From assembly GCF_009914755.1 (NCBI RefSeq), contig NC_060944.1: a DNA stretch of 64,000 bases. One strand, given 5' to 3'. Shown piece by piece: positions 39,771 through 53,559 of this stretch (positions within the stretch are counted from its first letter, which is position 1; every line of letters starts with the position of its first letter). Below the pieces are notes generated by a model. That model was not told where the DNA came from. It made no database searches and saw only the letters and a list, made by a program, of their open reading frames with translations. The position numbers and the translations under genes are program-made. Source of the stretch: the human T2T-CHM13v2.0 reference genome, Homo sapiens.

Positions 39771-42700
39771 GAACCAGCAGTTTGGAAATGACAGCATGTT
39801 AAACAACATCTTAGAGAAACAATCAGCGAAGTCCAGAACACTGGAAATTTTACAGGAAAAACTACACAGTTGATTTAACAAATGAATGACATTAAAACGT
39901 ACGGGAGCTGCATACATTAAAAAAATTTAATAAGCAGTGAATCTAAACACAATATAAAGACCTTATTTAAATCTTAATTTAGCAAACTAAATGTAAAGTG
40001 ACATCTCTGACACAATTGAGAAAATTTAAACATGGACTAGGCATTAAAAGATCTCAAAGAATTATCATTAATTTCTAGGTGTGAAAAAGATATTCTGGCT
40101 GTGCTTTTTGTTTTTAATTTTAATTTTCTGTTAAAGACACATGCAGATACAGAAATATAAAAGATTATACATAAAATGATAAGATATTTGAGACATGCTT
40201 TAAAATATTACAGGCAGAAGGAAAAGTGTGCATGTGAATGCATTTATGTGTAGATGGATGAAATGAGAATGGTGAAATACCTATAATTGTGGAATCCATG
40301 TTGCTCTCTCTACCTTGAGATATGTTTGAATATTTCCATATTATACAATTCAAAATGCACACAGTATGTATATATATTTGCATCTGTGTGAGTCCATCTG
40401 TTATAACTGATTTTTTAATTCACTATCAAACTACTAGGTCATATAAGAAGGAATCCAGTGTATAACCCCCTTTCCTGAATGCTGATCTCCAAGGCAAGGC
40501 CCAGTGAGGAGAGTTTATGGATTCTCCTGCCTGAGCAAATTGTCTCCAGTCTCTTTACCAACCTCCAGCCAACAAAGGGCATGTGTTGGACATTGGCCAC
40601 CTTAACTTCATTTCAATGTGACAAAGTTTGTTACAAACAAGATTGATTTGAATGTGGCTGTTAATAAATCACAGGCTGCCAATAATTACTTTTGATACTT
40701 CCAGATTTTTTTGAAACTCTATTTCTGCTTTTGATGTCATTTAGTGTAGGTAGAAGCTCTATTTGAATTCTTCTTGCACTTCAAATTCTGATAGACTTAT
40801 ACATTTTAATGTAGAGGAGTTAAGCTACCCATTCATTTAAGAAAATGATCCATTTGGTCTCTCTAATACCCACAAATAATTACCATTAGAAAACTATAAC
40901 AATGAAATCACAGAGTTAGAATAACACCATGCAAATCCCAAAGAACTGAGGTATTAATATGAGAAATAAATAGCTACAATCTGAAATAATAAATCAATAA
41001 GATAAACGAACTATATCACCTGTATACAATATGTCTTAATAAATAATGTTATTGGAAAGAAAATGTATTGGCTGTCCAGAGATGGGACTTTAAGCTCTTC
41101 TCTTCCATATCTTTGATCTTTGTCAAAGCAATTTACTTCCTTTTGATTCCATTTCTTTATCTCCAAAATTAGCAATGTCATATGGGAGACTGGGATGGGG
41201 ATATTTTTAAGTATAATTTTTATATGCAGAAAAGATTATTCAGAGGCTCATTTTGCATTCAACCAAGTAATACTGAATTTACTAATACGAAAACTTCAAG
41301 AATCTAGTTTATAAGTTATTTTGTGTTTAGCTTGAAAATCCTATTCTCTAGCAGTGTTTAAAAGTGATTGCTTTTAAAGGACCTTTAAATAATAGTTTTT
41401 ATAAATAAATGTATTAAAATATCTTAAGCATTTTAACTACATTTTAAATATTTAGTTATTTAATTTTTACATATTTCAGTTAACCTCTAATTTATATAAA
41501 TTTTATAAATTAAATTAAAATTTTGGTGAAACATTGATACTCTTAAATATTCCAATTCTATAAACAAAAAATTTAAATGATTGTTCAATTATAAATTTTA
41601 AAACTGGACTTCTTCTGTGCTCTACTAGGTTAAATACTCTTAAATATTAGAAAATTATAAAATACTAACCTAACACAGATTTCTTAATGAGATAATATTA
41701 ATATTATGGTTTTAAATTTCCTAAACACTTCCCTAATTTTCTAAATCTCATTGAGGTTAAAAGTTACCTACTAAATGAGGAAGAGTGTCCCCATCCCAGT
41801 TAAATGACACTGTTTCCCATCAAAGATTTAAACCAAGTATAGTATTTGGAATTACATAAACTATTATATTATGCCATATAATTTTGGTTGATGCCTCTCC
41901 AGTATTGTTTAGGGTAATAAGGACATGGAGTTTTTGTTCAACAAGTTGGCCGGATTCTTACTGTAGACATGAATGGATGCTCTAAACTCAGTCTATAGTT
42001 GCTATATAAATTAACCCACAATTACATGAAGGAGTGGCCACTAGTCCAATAAATTTCTGGATTCACAATATATAACAAAGTCTGCAACTTCAACATGAGG
42101 TGATCTCATTTAAATTTTGCCATTTCTTTGCCTCTTAAGGAGTATACATGTCTTCTCCCTGGGCATAAAGAGCTCTAAACATGGTGAAATCCAACAGTTC
42201 TATCACACCTTATTCTTGGGACTGCACAACCATTATAGATTTTAAGTTACATCTTATTAAACTCTAAATGTCTGTAAGGACTTTATTTGACAATTCAATG
42301 ATAATTTACATGGTTATTCCACTAACAAGAGTATAGACTCATCACTAATCTGAAGTTAAATAAAGTTGTACTATATCTAGATCTTCTAGAATGAATATAT
42401 TTCTGCTATGTGACCTTAACAGTGCTGCCCACTTGAATTTATTTGGGTGCAGATAGTCATTAGTATGATGACATCTATAGGTATTTCTCTAAGTAAGCTC
42501 TGAAATCCTCCCACTGAAATACCAATATGTCAGCCAAATTCTCAATCTGCCTGCCGCACTCAACAATTGTACCCTGGGCACAGACTTAAATATTGAGGAA
42601 TCTAAATGCAATGATTATAATGACTCTTTTTAGTATCCTCTGTTTAGAGTTCACGTTTGGAAAATTAGGGTACCTTTAAGTATTCTGACAATGGTACATT

Positions 42701-43203
42701 ATCTCCAGACCTTAGAGGGAGAGACATATCTTCGTTTTCTTGGTTATACAATAACATATTTTTAAAATAATTTTTAAAAGGAAATTAATGTAGCATATAT
42801 GTTTATGCAAACAGCATTATTTTTAAATATGCTTATAAAAACATATGGAGATTTTTGAGAAGCAGGGGTCATCTGGTCCCACCTTCTCTTCTAAAACTGG
42901 GAAGGCATGTTGCCTCCCAAGCAAGCAGACTCTGAGCTTGACTTCAGTGTTTCTGTAGGAAGAAAATGTGGTTCATCTCTGTGGCTGTTTCTGAGAACGG
43001 AGGTGCTGAGTGTTTGAGGAGCTGAAAGAACAGGTCACGCTGGAACCAAACTAAATACAAACCTTAAAACAATGAGCCTCTGTCTGAATGCAGGTCTTCT
43101 GGCTCCCAGAGTGACACCTTAGCCAACCCATGTTCTGTGACTGTCCTGAGTTGCAGGGCTGAGGCAAGGAAATCATATCCACACTCACAGTTCTCTAGTT
43201 CAT

Positions 43204-43226
43204 TCTCTCTCTCTCTCTCTGTCTCA

Positions 43227-43275
<49 letters not shown>

Positions 43276-43290
43276 CTTCTCTCTCTCTTC
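43204..43290 (+). repeat. (CT)n microsatellite
   Basis: Interrupted CT run; explains the RERERE and SLSLSL ORFs. Confidence 0.96.
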
Positions 43291-43417
43291 CCACTAGAAT
43301 ATACACAAGAAACCGATACTCTTAACACTGGATTATGACTGGGAGTCAAGACATGACCCCTGACCTTGCACACCAGGTAGCTTGAGCTTTGTTGTTTTTC
43401 ATCCTTATACTAGAAGA

Positions 43418-43477
43418 TTTCCCTTGTCAAGATTTCCATTTCTTTCCCTTGTCAAGATTTCCATTTCTTTCCCTTGT
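43418..43477 (+). repeat. Perfect 25-bp tandem duplication (2.4 copies)
   Basis: tttcccttgtcaagatttccatttc twice, then tttcccttgt. Confidence 0.93.
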
Positions 43478-43571
43478 TGGGAGAAATTATCCACAATGTA
43501 CGAGCAGGTAAATGGATTATTGCATGTTCATTGTTTACCAGCCCACCCAAGGATTATTTCATTCTCTAGGC

Positions 43572-43786
43572 CAGGAGTCAAGACACTTTTCCTGCAAAGG
43601 GTCATATGGTACACATTTTAGGCTCTGAGAACCATATATTCTGTCATGAGTATTCAGCTCTACCTTTGTAGCACAAAATCAGCCATAGGAAACAAACAAA
43701 TGGGTGTAGCTTTGTCCCAAAGGAACTTTATTTAGAAAACCAAGTGGCCAGTGGATTTTGGTCTACTGTAATTTGTCAACATTTGC
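43572..43786. mobile_element. MER58A-like hAT MITE
   Basis: cttttcctgcaaagggtca...ttcagctctacctttgtagcacaaaatcagccatag...aactttattta. Confidence 0.8.
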
Positions 43787-44109
43787 TCTCCTCTAGGAAA
43801 ATAAACCTTACTTGATTTGCTATTTGTACTTGATCAGGGCCCAGCCTCTGTGAGTTTACCAGTTACCTTAATTAAAATATTGATCCTATAGAAGTGCAAA
43901 TTACTTTTTTTCTGATTGAATTGACAGTCCCAAAGGTTATGATTTTATTGCCTAATAGCTCTTTAAACTGTTTTGTCTCTAACTTCAAAAGTAAAATTTT
44001 ATTTTAATATGTCTTTCCTGATAGACTATATACACTCTTAATCCTCAAAGGCCCTTTGAACCAGGTATGTCATATTTCTGGATGAGTTATATAAGTGAAC
44101 TATTGTTAA

Positions 44110-44146
44110 TTTATACTAGTTCACTAGTATAAACTAGTGAACTAGT
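44110..44146. repeat. Nested perfect inverted repeats containing four ACTAGT
   Basis: IR1 44110-44120 with 44123-44133; IR2 44115-44128 with 44133-44146. Confidence 0.9.
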
Positions 44147-45899
44147 TAATAAGAACTGCACTATATCCTATATTTATATAAGAATCATAGTTTTATCTTT
44201 CTGACAACTAAATATTAACAATCTGGATTTGAGGCAAACACACCAGCATTCTATACATGATACCAAGAACAAATATCACAAGCACCTAGGAGGGAAAAAG
44301 GCAGGCATGTCGTGTGAAGCCCCTCCCTTCTCTTACCAGATAAGCTCATGAGTTTTCTATGAGATGACATTGGTCTTTTCTAGATTCCTGATGCCAACTC
44401 CTGGGAATTCCTATGTCTTTAGAAACAGTGGCTAGAAAAACACAGTTTCACAGAGGTAAAATGAGGCAATTCATCAATAAAAATGAGGTAATTCACTAAT
44501 ATAAAGCTCTGAGGTATTTATTTTTCAGCTCTGCTATTTTACAGTAACTACTGCTTGTAGCAAAGATAATTCCTCAAAATCCTTTCCTTTTATGCACTCC
44601 ATTCACATATAGGAGAGTTCGTTGAAGTGAAGGAATGATGGGCTCAATTAAGAAAAGGGACATATGCCAGTCATCTGAAATCTTTCTAGTTTGAAACAGA
44701 AAATAACGTTATTTTGATGATTGCTTTAAAAATGAGAAGAAATTTAATATAAAAATTAACTCTGAATTAGCCCTGAGTTTTACACACCATCAAGGTCAGA
44801 TTAATTTTAGGGAGCATTCCAAAGCTGCACTAGTACACTGCTATCCTTTCTCAAGTGTGTAACTTCAAAAGCTCACTTCTGGTTCATGCTATGTCTCAAG
44901 CATCATTTCTACAGAGATAACTTCCCAACTCTATTTCTAGGCTACATTATTCTTCCAGGCATCAGTCTTCCGTTTGCAGAAGACTGACCATCTCTCTTTT
45001 CCTCCAAGCTTATTCTTCTTCCTGTCTTGTCCATACTATGGTACTCCCATCAGATGGCCTTCTTTGCTCAAAACCTTTAAAACTTATTTGACATTTCCCT
45101 TCACCTTACCACCATCCCTAACATCCATTCAGCAGCTGGATCCCATCAGTGCTCCTCCACCCTCACCCACAGTTCACTAGCACAGGTTACCTTAGCTTCA
45201 CTTTCTTTCAGCTGCTCAATGCCTGGTCGGCTCCTTTCTCAGAGCCCCACTCACTCCATTAATAGAACAGGCAGACACAGACTACTTTTTTTTTAACACA
45301 CATTTCCTGGTGCTTCCATTCCTTACCCCAATCAAAAAATGTTGACTGTTTCTTATTACTAGGCAAGTAAAATACAAATCCAAGACCCTACCTGACCTCC
45401 ATACCAATATTGCCATCACTGATTCATTTCAACTGCTCCTAAGTCCTTGTTCACTCCTTTCTGCCTCCCTGAAATATATTTTACTGCAGCCTTCCCTTGC
45501 ACTACTATGTTTTTACAGGTCCCAACCTTGTCTAAAGGTCTTTCCAATTACCCCAAATAACATTTGCCTCCTGCAACATCCATCATCTTTCACTGGTTCT
45601 CTCCCACATTCTTAAACTTCTTAAGAATGGGTAGGCATGAATGTGTATGGTAATAAAATGACAGTTTTCAGTTTGCACCCCAGCACTGACATTTGTCACC
45701 TCTGTGACTTTTACCAACTGACTACATGTCTCTGTGCCTCAATTTTTCTATTATCTGTAAAAACAGGACAAAAGCCTTCACCTCTCCAGACTCATGTAGA
45801 TATAAATGAGTGAAACTGATCCACAACAAATATCATTTATGTGGATCTTATAACACTACGTCTTGAATATCTGAGTTTGCCTTTTGGTTAAACTTATTT

Positions 45900-46350
45900 C
45901 ATAGAGACCTGGAGAAGGATTCCTTGTGGTTGTCCAACATTCTTCTTTTGGTAACAGCCTTCTGGAGAATTATTTCCTCTCATTAGGTCCAAGCTGGTGA
46001 AGCTGTAAATCAAGGTGCCTGGCCTTCCTTGCCAACTTTGTGGACACATTGCTTAAGCTGGACATATTGGACTTTCTGTCCTGGGACTTTGTACTGTGAG
46101 CTGAGTAATGAAAAGTTGAAAAAAAAAATTGGGATATCTGTATTCCAACATTTTAGTCCCAACAACTCAGTTGCACAGTTGCTCTTACTGAGATTACTAG
46201 AATGCCTGGTTCTATCCTTTCTAGTGTTTCTTTTCATTCCCTTCATGCTCATGTCTTCCCACACAGTCCCCCAACCCCTCCTATAATTTTTTTTCTGCTT
46301 GAGTTAGTGAAATTTAATTCCGTTGCTTACAACCAAAGAACCCTAACCAA
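45900..46350 (+). mobile_element. MLT1J/K-like LTR
   Basis: Ends gcttgagttagtgaaatttaattccgttgcttacaaccaaagaaccctaac, a MaLR terminus. Confidence 0.6.
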
Positions 46351-46441
46351 GTATGTCATCTACCAAAATGGAGACAGCCAAAGCCCAATGTCTAGCACTT
46401 AAAATTCTCAGTAAATCTTTGTGATATAAAAAAAAATTATT

Positions 46442-46968
<527 letters not shown>

Positions 46969-48720
46969 TTAAAAGTCCATAATCCTGATCATCGGATTAA
47001 TTTGTTTCAAACACTTCATTTCTGGTCTGCTATTCTACTCTGGTTTTCCCTTAGACTCACTTGGGAAGATTTTTTTTTTTAAATACATGTGACTAGCTCT
47101 CACTAAAGACCAGTTTTATCTGAAGATCTAGGTGTAGGACCTGGGATGCAAACATTTTCAAATGTATCGGGTAAATTCTGATGCACAATAAAGGTTGAGA
47201 GCTTGAGACTTAGGGATCCAATCAATCATGCAAGATGCTTAAAATGGAACGTTGATCTTCACATGATACTTGTCAAATGTAGAAAATTTTGTCTGGATTT
47301 GGAAACAAAAATGTGAGCATGAAGCTTCGGTAAAATAAACTCTCTTGAAAAACACTAATACTCTACAATTATTTTTCCATCAAAATAAAATAGTGCCAAG
47401 TACATAGCTTCTTCCAAGTAACAAATCTTTAAAACCAAAGTGAAATTTTGAAACCACTCCTTCAAATAGCATCCGTCCGGTAGACAGATGGCATGTTTTA
47501 TTTCATTTCCCGTTTCTACTTGGTGGAGTTCATGGGGTATTTTGAGAATCAATGGGTAATTAAGAATTGGGTGCCAATTTAGGTATTTGATTTGGAAATT
47601 GAGTCTTTGAAAACCATCAATTCCAAATATAGCGCAAGCCCTCCTTATTATGCTATCCCAGAAACTGGTAATAAGAACACTCTAAAAATATTTAGAAATG
47701 CAGGAGCCAGATTTTCTGGGCTGCAGGTGGAGGACACACAGCTGCCAGGAAATGGAAGACACCTGCTATGTCCCTGAGCCCCCCTTTGGCGGGTAGTGGA
47801 TGGAGGACAATAAGGTCTGCTGTAGTATTAATCTGGGTACTAAATAGTAATAAATAAATGTGATTTAAGAGCATTGTTGGGAGACCTTTCTGAAAGAGCA
47901 TGCACAGTAGTCCTTGGTAGTAAGGAATCAAGGCTGGTAGCCCTAAGCCATTTTTGTTAAATGTAAAGAGTGCTGAAAAAGTTTCACACCTGCAACTACC
48001 AGTCAGTAGCACCTTAGGAGACATTACTTCATCAGACACGATTAACTCCTTGTTCTAGAGAGTTCAGCAGAAGTCTATAGAAATTTACAGTCTATGTGAC
48101 ATTGTGCTAGGCTGACAGGCATCAACCTGAGACTGAGGTGTGAAAAAAGATCACTTGAAAATCTTATTAAAAGGCAGATCTCTGAGGCTCAGCTTCACAT
48201 ATTCTGATTTACAAAAATTGTAGAGGAATCAGGAACCTGCACTTTATCAAGCATTCCAGGGGTACTTTTGGTACAAGTGGTCTGTAGGCAACACTTGGGG
48301 AAACCAATAATGATTAATATCATGCTTCCATTAAGGAAAGTTAATTTTAGGGAAAAAAGAGTATTTGAAAACCTGAGTAAAGAAGGATCTGGCAGGGGTT
48401 TCTGGCTCAAGTAAGAAAGCCTCAAAGAACAGGGAGTGATAGGTAAGTCCAGATTGCAAGATATTCCAGAAAGAAGGGGAGAACCAAAGGGAGGAGAGGT
48501 GAGCAGTTGCTAGGAACAAACCTCAGAATTACAAAACTTTTCCTAAGATCTATTCTGGGGAGGAGAACAGTTTGAGAAGTAAAAGACCATAAGGAAATAT
48601 CGGATCATCCAACATTGACCAAATGTTACTACCAGTCAGCATTGCACCAGGTGCTTTAGAAATATCACCATCACTAATAGGTAGCTGCAGCCTATAGGTT
48701 AGGTGCGTGGACTCTAGGGG

Positions 48721-48883
48721 CAGTGGTTGCTCACGTATGCTGGTTATATCTGAAGTCACCTGGGAGCTTTGATAAATGCTGATGCCAAAGCTCCATGTAG
48801 AGAGTTTCTGGTATAATTGGTCTGGAGGATAACCTGAGCCTTTGTGTTTTTTCAATGCTCCTGGAAAGTGTTGAAAACTAATG
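48721..48883. mobile_element. MER5-family MITE, first of a tandem pair
   Basis: cagtggttgctc...tcacctgggagcttt...ttgaaaactaatg. Confidence 0.7.
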
Positions 48884-48891
48884 CTCTAGAG

Positions 48892-49044
48892 CAGCACTTC
48901 TCAAACTTTAGGGTGTACCAGAACCACCTGGAGACCTAATAGAGAACACAGGCCCAGGCTTCTTGAGGTGGAACAGGGCCTGCCCTCTTGTGTTGACCAA
49001 GTGCCCCAGGTGATTCTGATACCTGCCAATTTTGATAAACACTG
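48892..49044. mobile_element. MER5A1-like MITE, second of a tandem pair
   Basis: cagcacttctcaaacttt...ccccaggtgattctgat...tttgataaacactg; separated from the first by ctctagag. Confidence 0.75.
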
Positions 49045-49419
49045 ATCTTGAGGGAGACTGTGTAGGTTTGAATTGGACTTCACCACCATCAACTAGATAC
49101 CCTGGGGCAAGTTACATACACCATGGGCTTCACTTTCCACACCTGTTAAGCCATGATAGTAGGACAACCCTGATGAGGGATGAATGTGAATGGCCCTGGA
49201 GACTCTTTCTTCTCACTTTCTGGTGAGCTTAGTGGAGAGCGGTCTCAGCAGCTCAGTTATCTCAATAGAAGAACAGGCTGATACCAGCTTCAGCCCCTTC
49301 TACCCACCTCTCACATAGCCACTTACCCCAGAAGAAAGCGTCCATTGTTTCGTAATCTCATAGATGTTCCCTGCATATTCTCTCCCAACCCTGACTCCCA
49401 CCACAATTGTGTACAATCA

Positions 49420-49596
49420 TAATTTTTCAAACTTCAGTGTGCATTGAACCACTTGGAAGACTTGATAAAACACAGATTTCTGGCCCCAATCCCAGAGTTT
49501 CAGTCTGTCGGTCTGAATATGGCCCGATAATTTGCATATCTAACAAGTTTTCAAGTAATGCTGATGCTAATCCAAGGTATACCTTGAAAACCATTG
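49420..49596. mobile_element. MER5A MITE
   Basis: tttcaaacttcagtgtgcatt...aaaacacagatttctggcccc...tttgcatatctaacaagtt. Confidence 0.75.
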
Positions 49597-50778
49597 AAGT
49601 AGAACACACTGAGGACAGGGCTCCTCTCTGCAGAACCATTGGCCATGCTTAAGCAGTAGGATAATGAAAATCTGAGGATTGCGCAAACTGTGCCACTTCT
49701 CTGATTTCTCCTATAATCTCTTTTATGTTTGCACTGCAGAATGCTAATGGTATGTGTGTCCATCACTGTAGTGGGGATTTCCCATGTTATCACCTGTAAA
49801 ATTGTTTAGAAATGAATCTAACAAATAGTCTGGGCCCTTAAATGAAAGACAACATTATTTTTAATTTGTCAAACTCATCTTATGCACCTGCTATGTGCTG
49901 GATATTTGGCTAGATGCTGCAACTACTATGATGAATGAAACACATTCCTTATATAATAAGAATTGATAGTCCAAAAGAAAATAAAAGCAAGTTCACAAAT
50001 AATTATAATGCTATAAAACACACAACAATATAAAAAAATCTCTGGTGTGGGAAGGCTCCCATTAAGTTAGTTATCATTAGGGAAATGCAAAAGCCATGAT
50101 CTACTAGTATTTTTGCTATCACCCAACTCCCACAGGAAATGTAAAAATCCATCCCCTCCCCTCCCCATTCTCCCTACCCCTGACTTCCAGTACCCACTGC
50201 AGAGATGTGATGCACTTGTATAGTATTCGACTGTATTCTATTCATCAAAGATAAACATAGTGGAGAAAATAGCATTAGTGAAATATCCATTAGATGTGGT
50301 TTCATCCTAAATTATTTCTGCCCATACTCGAGATGCTTGAAGTTTTAATCATTTTATTATCATTTGGTATTTACATAGAATCTTTTCTCAAAAAACCACC
50401 ACCACTTTTTCAAGTATTATCTTCAAATGTCACATTCCTGAGCAATTAAAAAGAGTCACTGGCGTCCTCATTTTGGTGAAGGAGTCAAGAGATGGAGAGA
50501 CATTAAGCAGTTCACCCTAGAACAGGGGCCAGGAACCAGAACTTCTGAATCAGAGGAATAGGACTCCACCTTCTGCTGTGTCGTAAGAAGCGAAAGATTT
50601 ATACTCACCTAGGGGCACTCCTCACTCATTAACCCCCTCCACAAACAACCTGAGAGTGCCCAAAGGGACAACTGTTTGGAGCATAAAATAATAATAATAA
50701 CAAATAAACCAGAGGCAAGGTATTATTTTTTCAGAAATCATGACATCATTGGAGAGAGGCATATTGTTCTTTTTACAG

Positions 50779-50948
50779 GATCATCACAAACAGACTACTT
50801 TAAATGGAGATACAAATATCCACGTTCATTCATGGGATACAGCAGCTTCTACTACCTGACTCCTGCTCCTTCCAAGAAGTGTTTATCCTTACGCAATGGG
50901 CTTCAACAATGTTTAATAAACGGTCTGGGCTAGACCACCCAGCTGCTG
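50779..50948 (+). ncRNA. Candidate internal exon (170 nt), probably non-coding
   Basis: Acceptor ttgttctttttacag|G and donor CTG|gtaaga in non-repeat sequence; no recognisable protein. Confidence 0.35.
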
Positions 50949-52427
50949 GTAAGAGGACAGAAACTAGCATTCCCAAGGCCCATGTTTTTCTATGCTGACA
51001 AGGTTGGGAAAGAATTAGTACTCTATGTTAAAATATCGGGACTTTTTTCATTTAAAATAAATTGCAGCCAGAGTCTTACAACAGAAATGTTAGTAAGTCT
51101 AGAGCAATTGGACGGGCAAATGGTTGGGTTTTCTCTCAAATACTTTGCTATAGCAGCTATCTACTAGAAAAACTACTTAATCAGAAGTAAAAATAAGGCC
51201 CAGGTCAGCCACCGTCCTTCTAGAACTTCCAGGGAAATCCAACTCTCTCAGTTCCCAGTTTATCAAAAAAGCAGCCAAAACATCAGCTTTTCAGCCCTGC
51301 CACCTAGTATATTTTCTTTCAAATGTGTTCATTTCCAGGAAATCCTACAAATATTTAAAATTTGAGGTCACTTTGGAATAACATTTTCTAGATGCTGATG
51401 GAAAACACATCGGAGTTGATTTGAACCATATCAACTTCTACACTGAGTCAGAACATCTTCACTTTGAGATACACTTGTAAAACCCAAAAGCGAGAGTCAC
51501 TGGGAAGCTTGGATAGGGAGTAGAATAAAAGCCTAATATTTGGGGAAGTCCAGTAGTATTAAGCTAAGATTATCATCAGATTTTTCTATCTCGTGGTCAT
51601 CCCATATTTGAAGGAATTATATTAGCATAATTTCTGGATTTCTACACTAACTCCAACTCAACTAAATAACTGAAAATAAGAAGTTATACCTCTGAAGCCC
51701 AGCACAATCACAGGCAGTCAATATCTGCTTATGTAAATAATCCCATCACTACCATTTTTATGATTATATAACTTACAAACATTCACATAATGCCTATGAG
51801 GATCTCTGGCCAGAGAAAAATCTGTACCCAGGTAAATTATGGCTGAATTTCCAACAGGGAAAACTGATAAAGTCCACTGTCTTGTCTCCTTGGATCTTCA
51901 TCATTAATATAACCACTGCTAGACCCAGAAAAGAGAAAATCTCAAGGCGTTTGACATTGGATCGTTTTGATCAACATCCTGACTAGATCTCTGATATTCA
52001 CAAAAGACTGAAGTTATCCAGCAAAAGGCAGGGCAATGGCATTCTGTTTCCCTCATCAGCCTACATCACTCAGAGCTTTAGTAGAGTTAGCTATGGCCAT
52101 TGGGGGTGGAGGCATTATGGGAGAGAAAGGAAAGCAAGTTGGACATTCAGAGTCTTAGGAAATTATGCTGCTGTTGTGACAGAGATGTCAGACTGCTTTG
52201 CTGTGCAAAATCTTAGCAGGATTTATTGCTTGTGGCTTCCTGGCAATGATAACTTTCCAAGATTATCTCAGCAAAATACATTTCTGAATAAAGCTCTTGT
52301 AAATTACAAAATAATTTCTTCTTTCACACTTGTTCAAAACTTTCTCTTCACCTTAATAGGAGATGTTATGAGGGTGAGAATCAACATACCTTTAGTTTAG
52401 CAAATTTTCATCTTAATTCAGGGAGGT

Positions 52428-52889
52428 TGTAGTTGGAGGTTGTATAGCAGATGCACGTGACAGCAATAACTACTTAAGCATACCCTGAGAATGAGACTAT
52501 GGTCTGAGAAGAATGTGCATTTGGAGTTCAAGCTAAGGAATCCAGGAATGGCCAATCCAGAGTTTCATTCCTTATCTATGAGGAACATCTAAATCCCTAG
52601 CCCATCCCATGGAATGCAGGCCGTACAGGGGATTGAGCCCTTTGTTTTGGATTACATGAAGGTTTCCAGCTGGAGGCTGTTAGGGGGAGGGTGCTAAGTG
52701 AAAATGCTATATAAACTGCATGCTTTTTAGAAATGGTAGTTCTCTCTTGTCCAGCCCACCACCACTGGACTATGTTATATGTAAAGTCCTCACAATAAAC
52801 CCTGTCTTCTTTGCTAGCTCTGGGTTTCTTCTTCAGCCTCTCAAACATGGTTCCATCCCTACTGAAGCCAAGAGGGGTCCAGAACAACA
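52428..52889 (+). mobile_element. ERVL solo LTR (LTR47-like)
   Basis: TG...CA ends, TSD gaggt/aaggt, TATA box ctatataaa near 52707, AATAAA near 52794, E-box CACGTG near 52454. Confidence 0.8.
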
Positions 52890-53559
52890 AAGGTCTTCAC
52901 CTCTTTGTAAACATGCTTTGCCATTTTGTGACTTTAGTATCAACTCATTAGCAGAGAATGGACCTTTCTGCACATCTTGACTTTCAGAGTATCTATGGTC
53001 CCCATCCTACCATGCTCTACAAATAAATAGCACCTCCAAAGCCAGAGGGTTATGGGAAAGCAAAACAATCTAATACAAAGGAAACACAGGTTCTTATTGC
53101 TTGAGTCTTGGTTTAAATGAGGAATGTGAGGATAAGAGAAGCCTATAGCATGTTCTCACCTTGAAGAACAAGTCATTAAAAATACAGACAGAGTAGCACT
53201 CCCGCCAGACTCTCTGTACCTAGCAGGATCCAGAATTGATTTTCCTTTCTAACTCAAGCTCCTCATTAAGCCAATAGGCTCATTTTACAATATTTGTTTC
53301 ATACATGCGACTGAATGAGCCACTTCTATTTTCTCAACGGAAGAGTTTTCTATGAAACTGTAACAAGAGGAGCCACTTTTAACAATCAATGGTCCCTTTA
53401 CTTTCTGGAGGCGCAGTATATTCTTAATTAGACTCAGATAAAGAAAGGAACTATATCAAAGACCTATCTCAAAATGCAAAACGATAGCTTCCAGCTCATT
53501 CTATCCAGTTGCCAAAATTGAGTAAACCTAGGATGCTATTTCTTTGGATTGTGTTAAAT

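Noticed and set aside
43064-43325. RE-repeat and SL-repeat ORFs
   Set aside because: Translations of the (CT)n microsatellite
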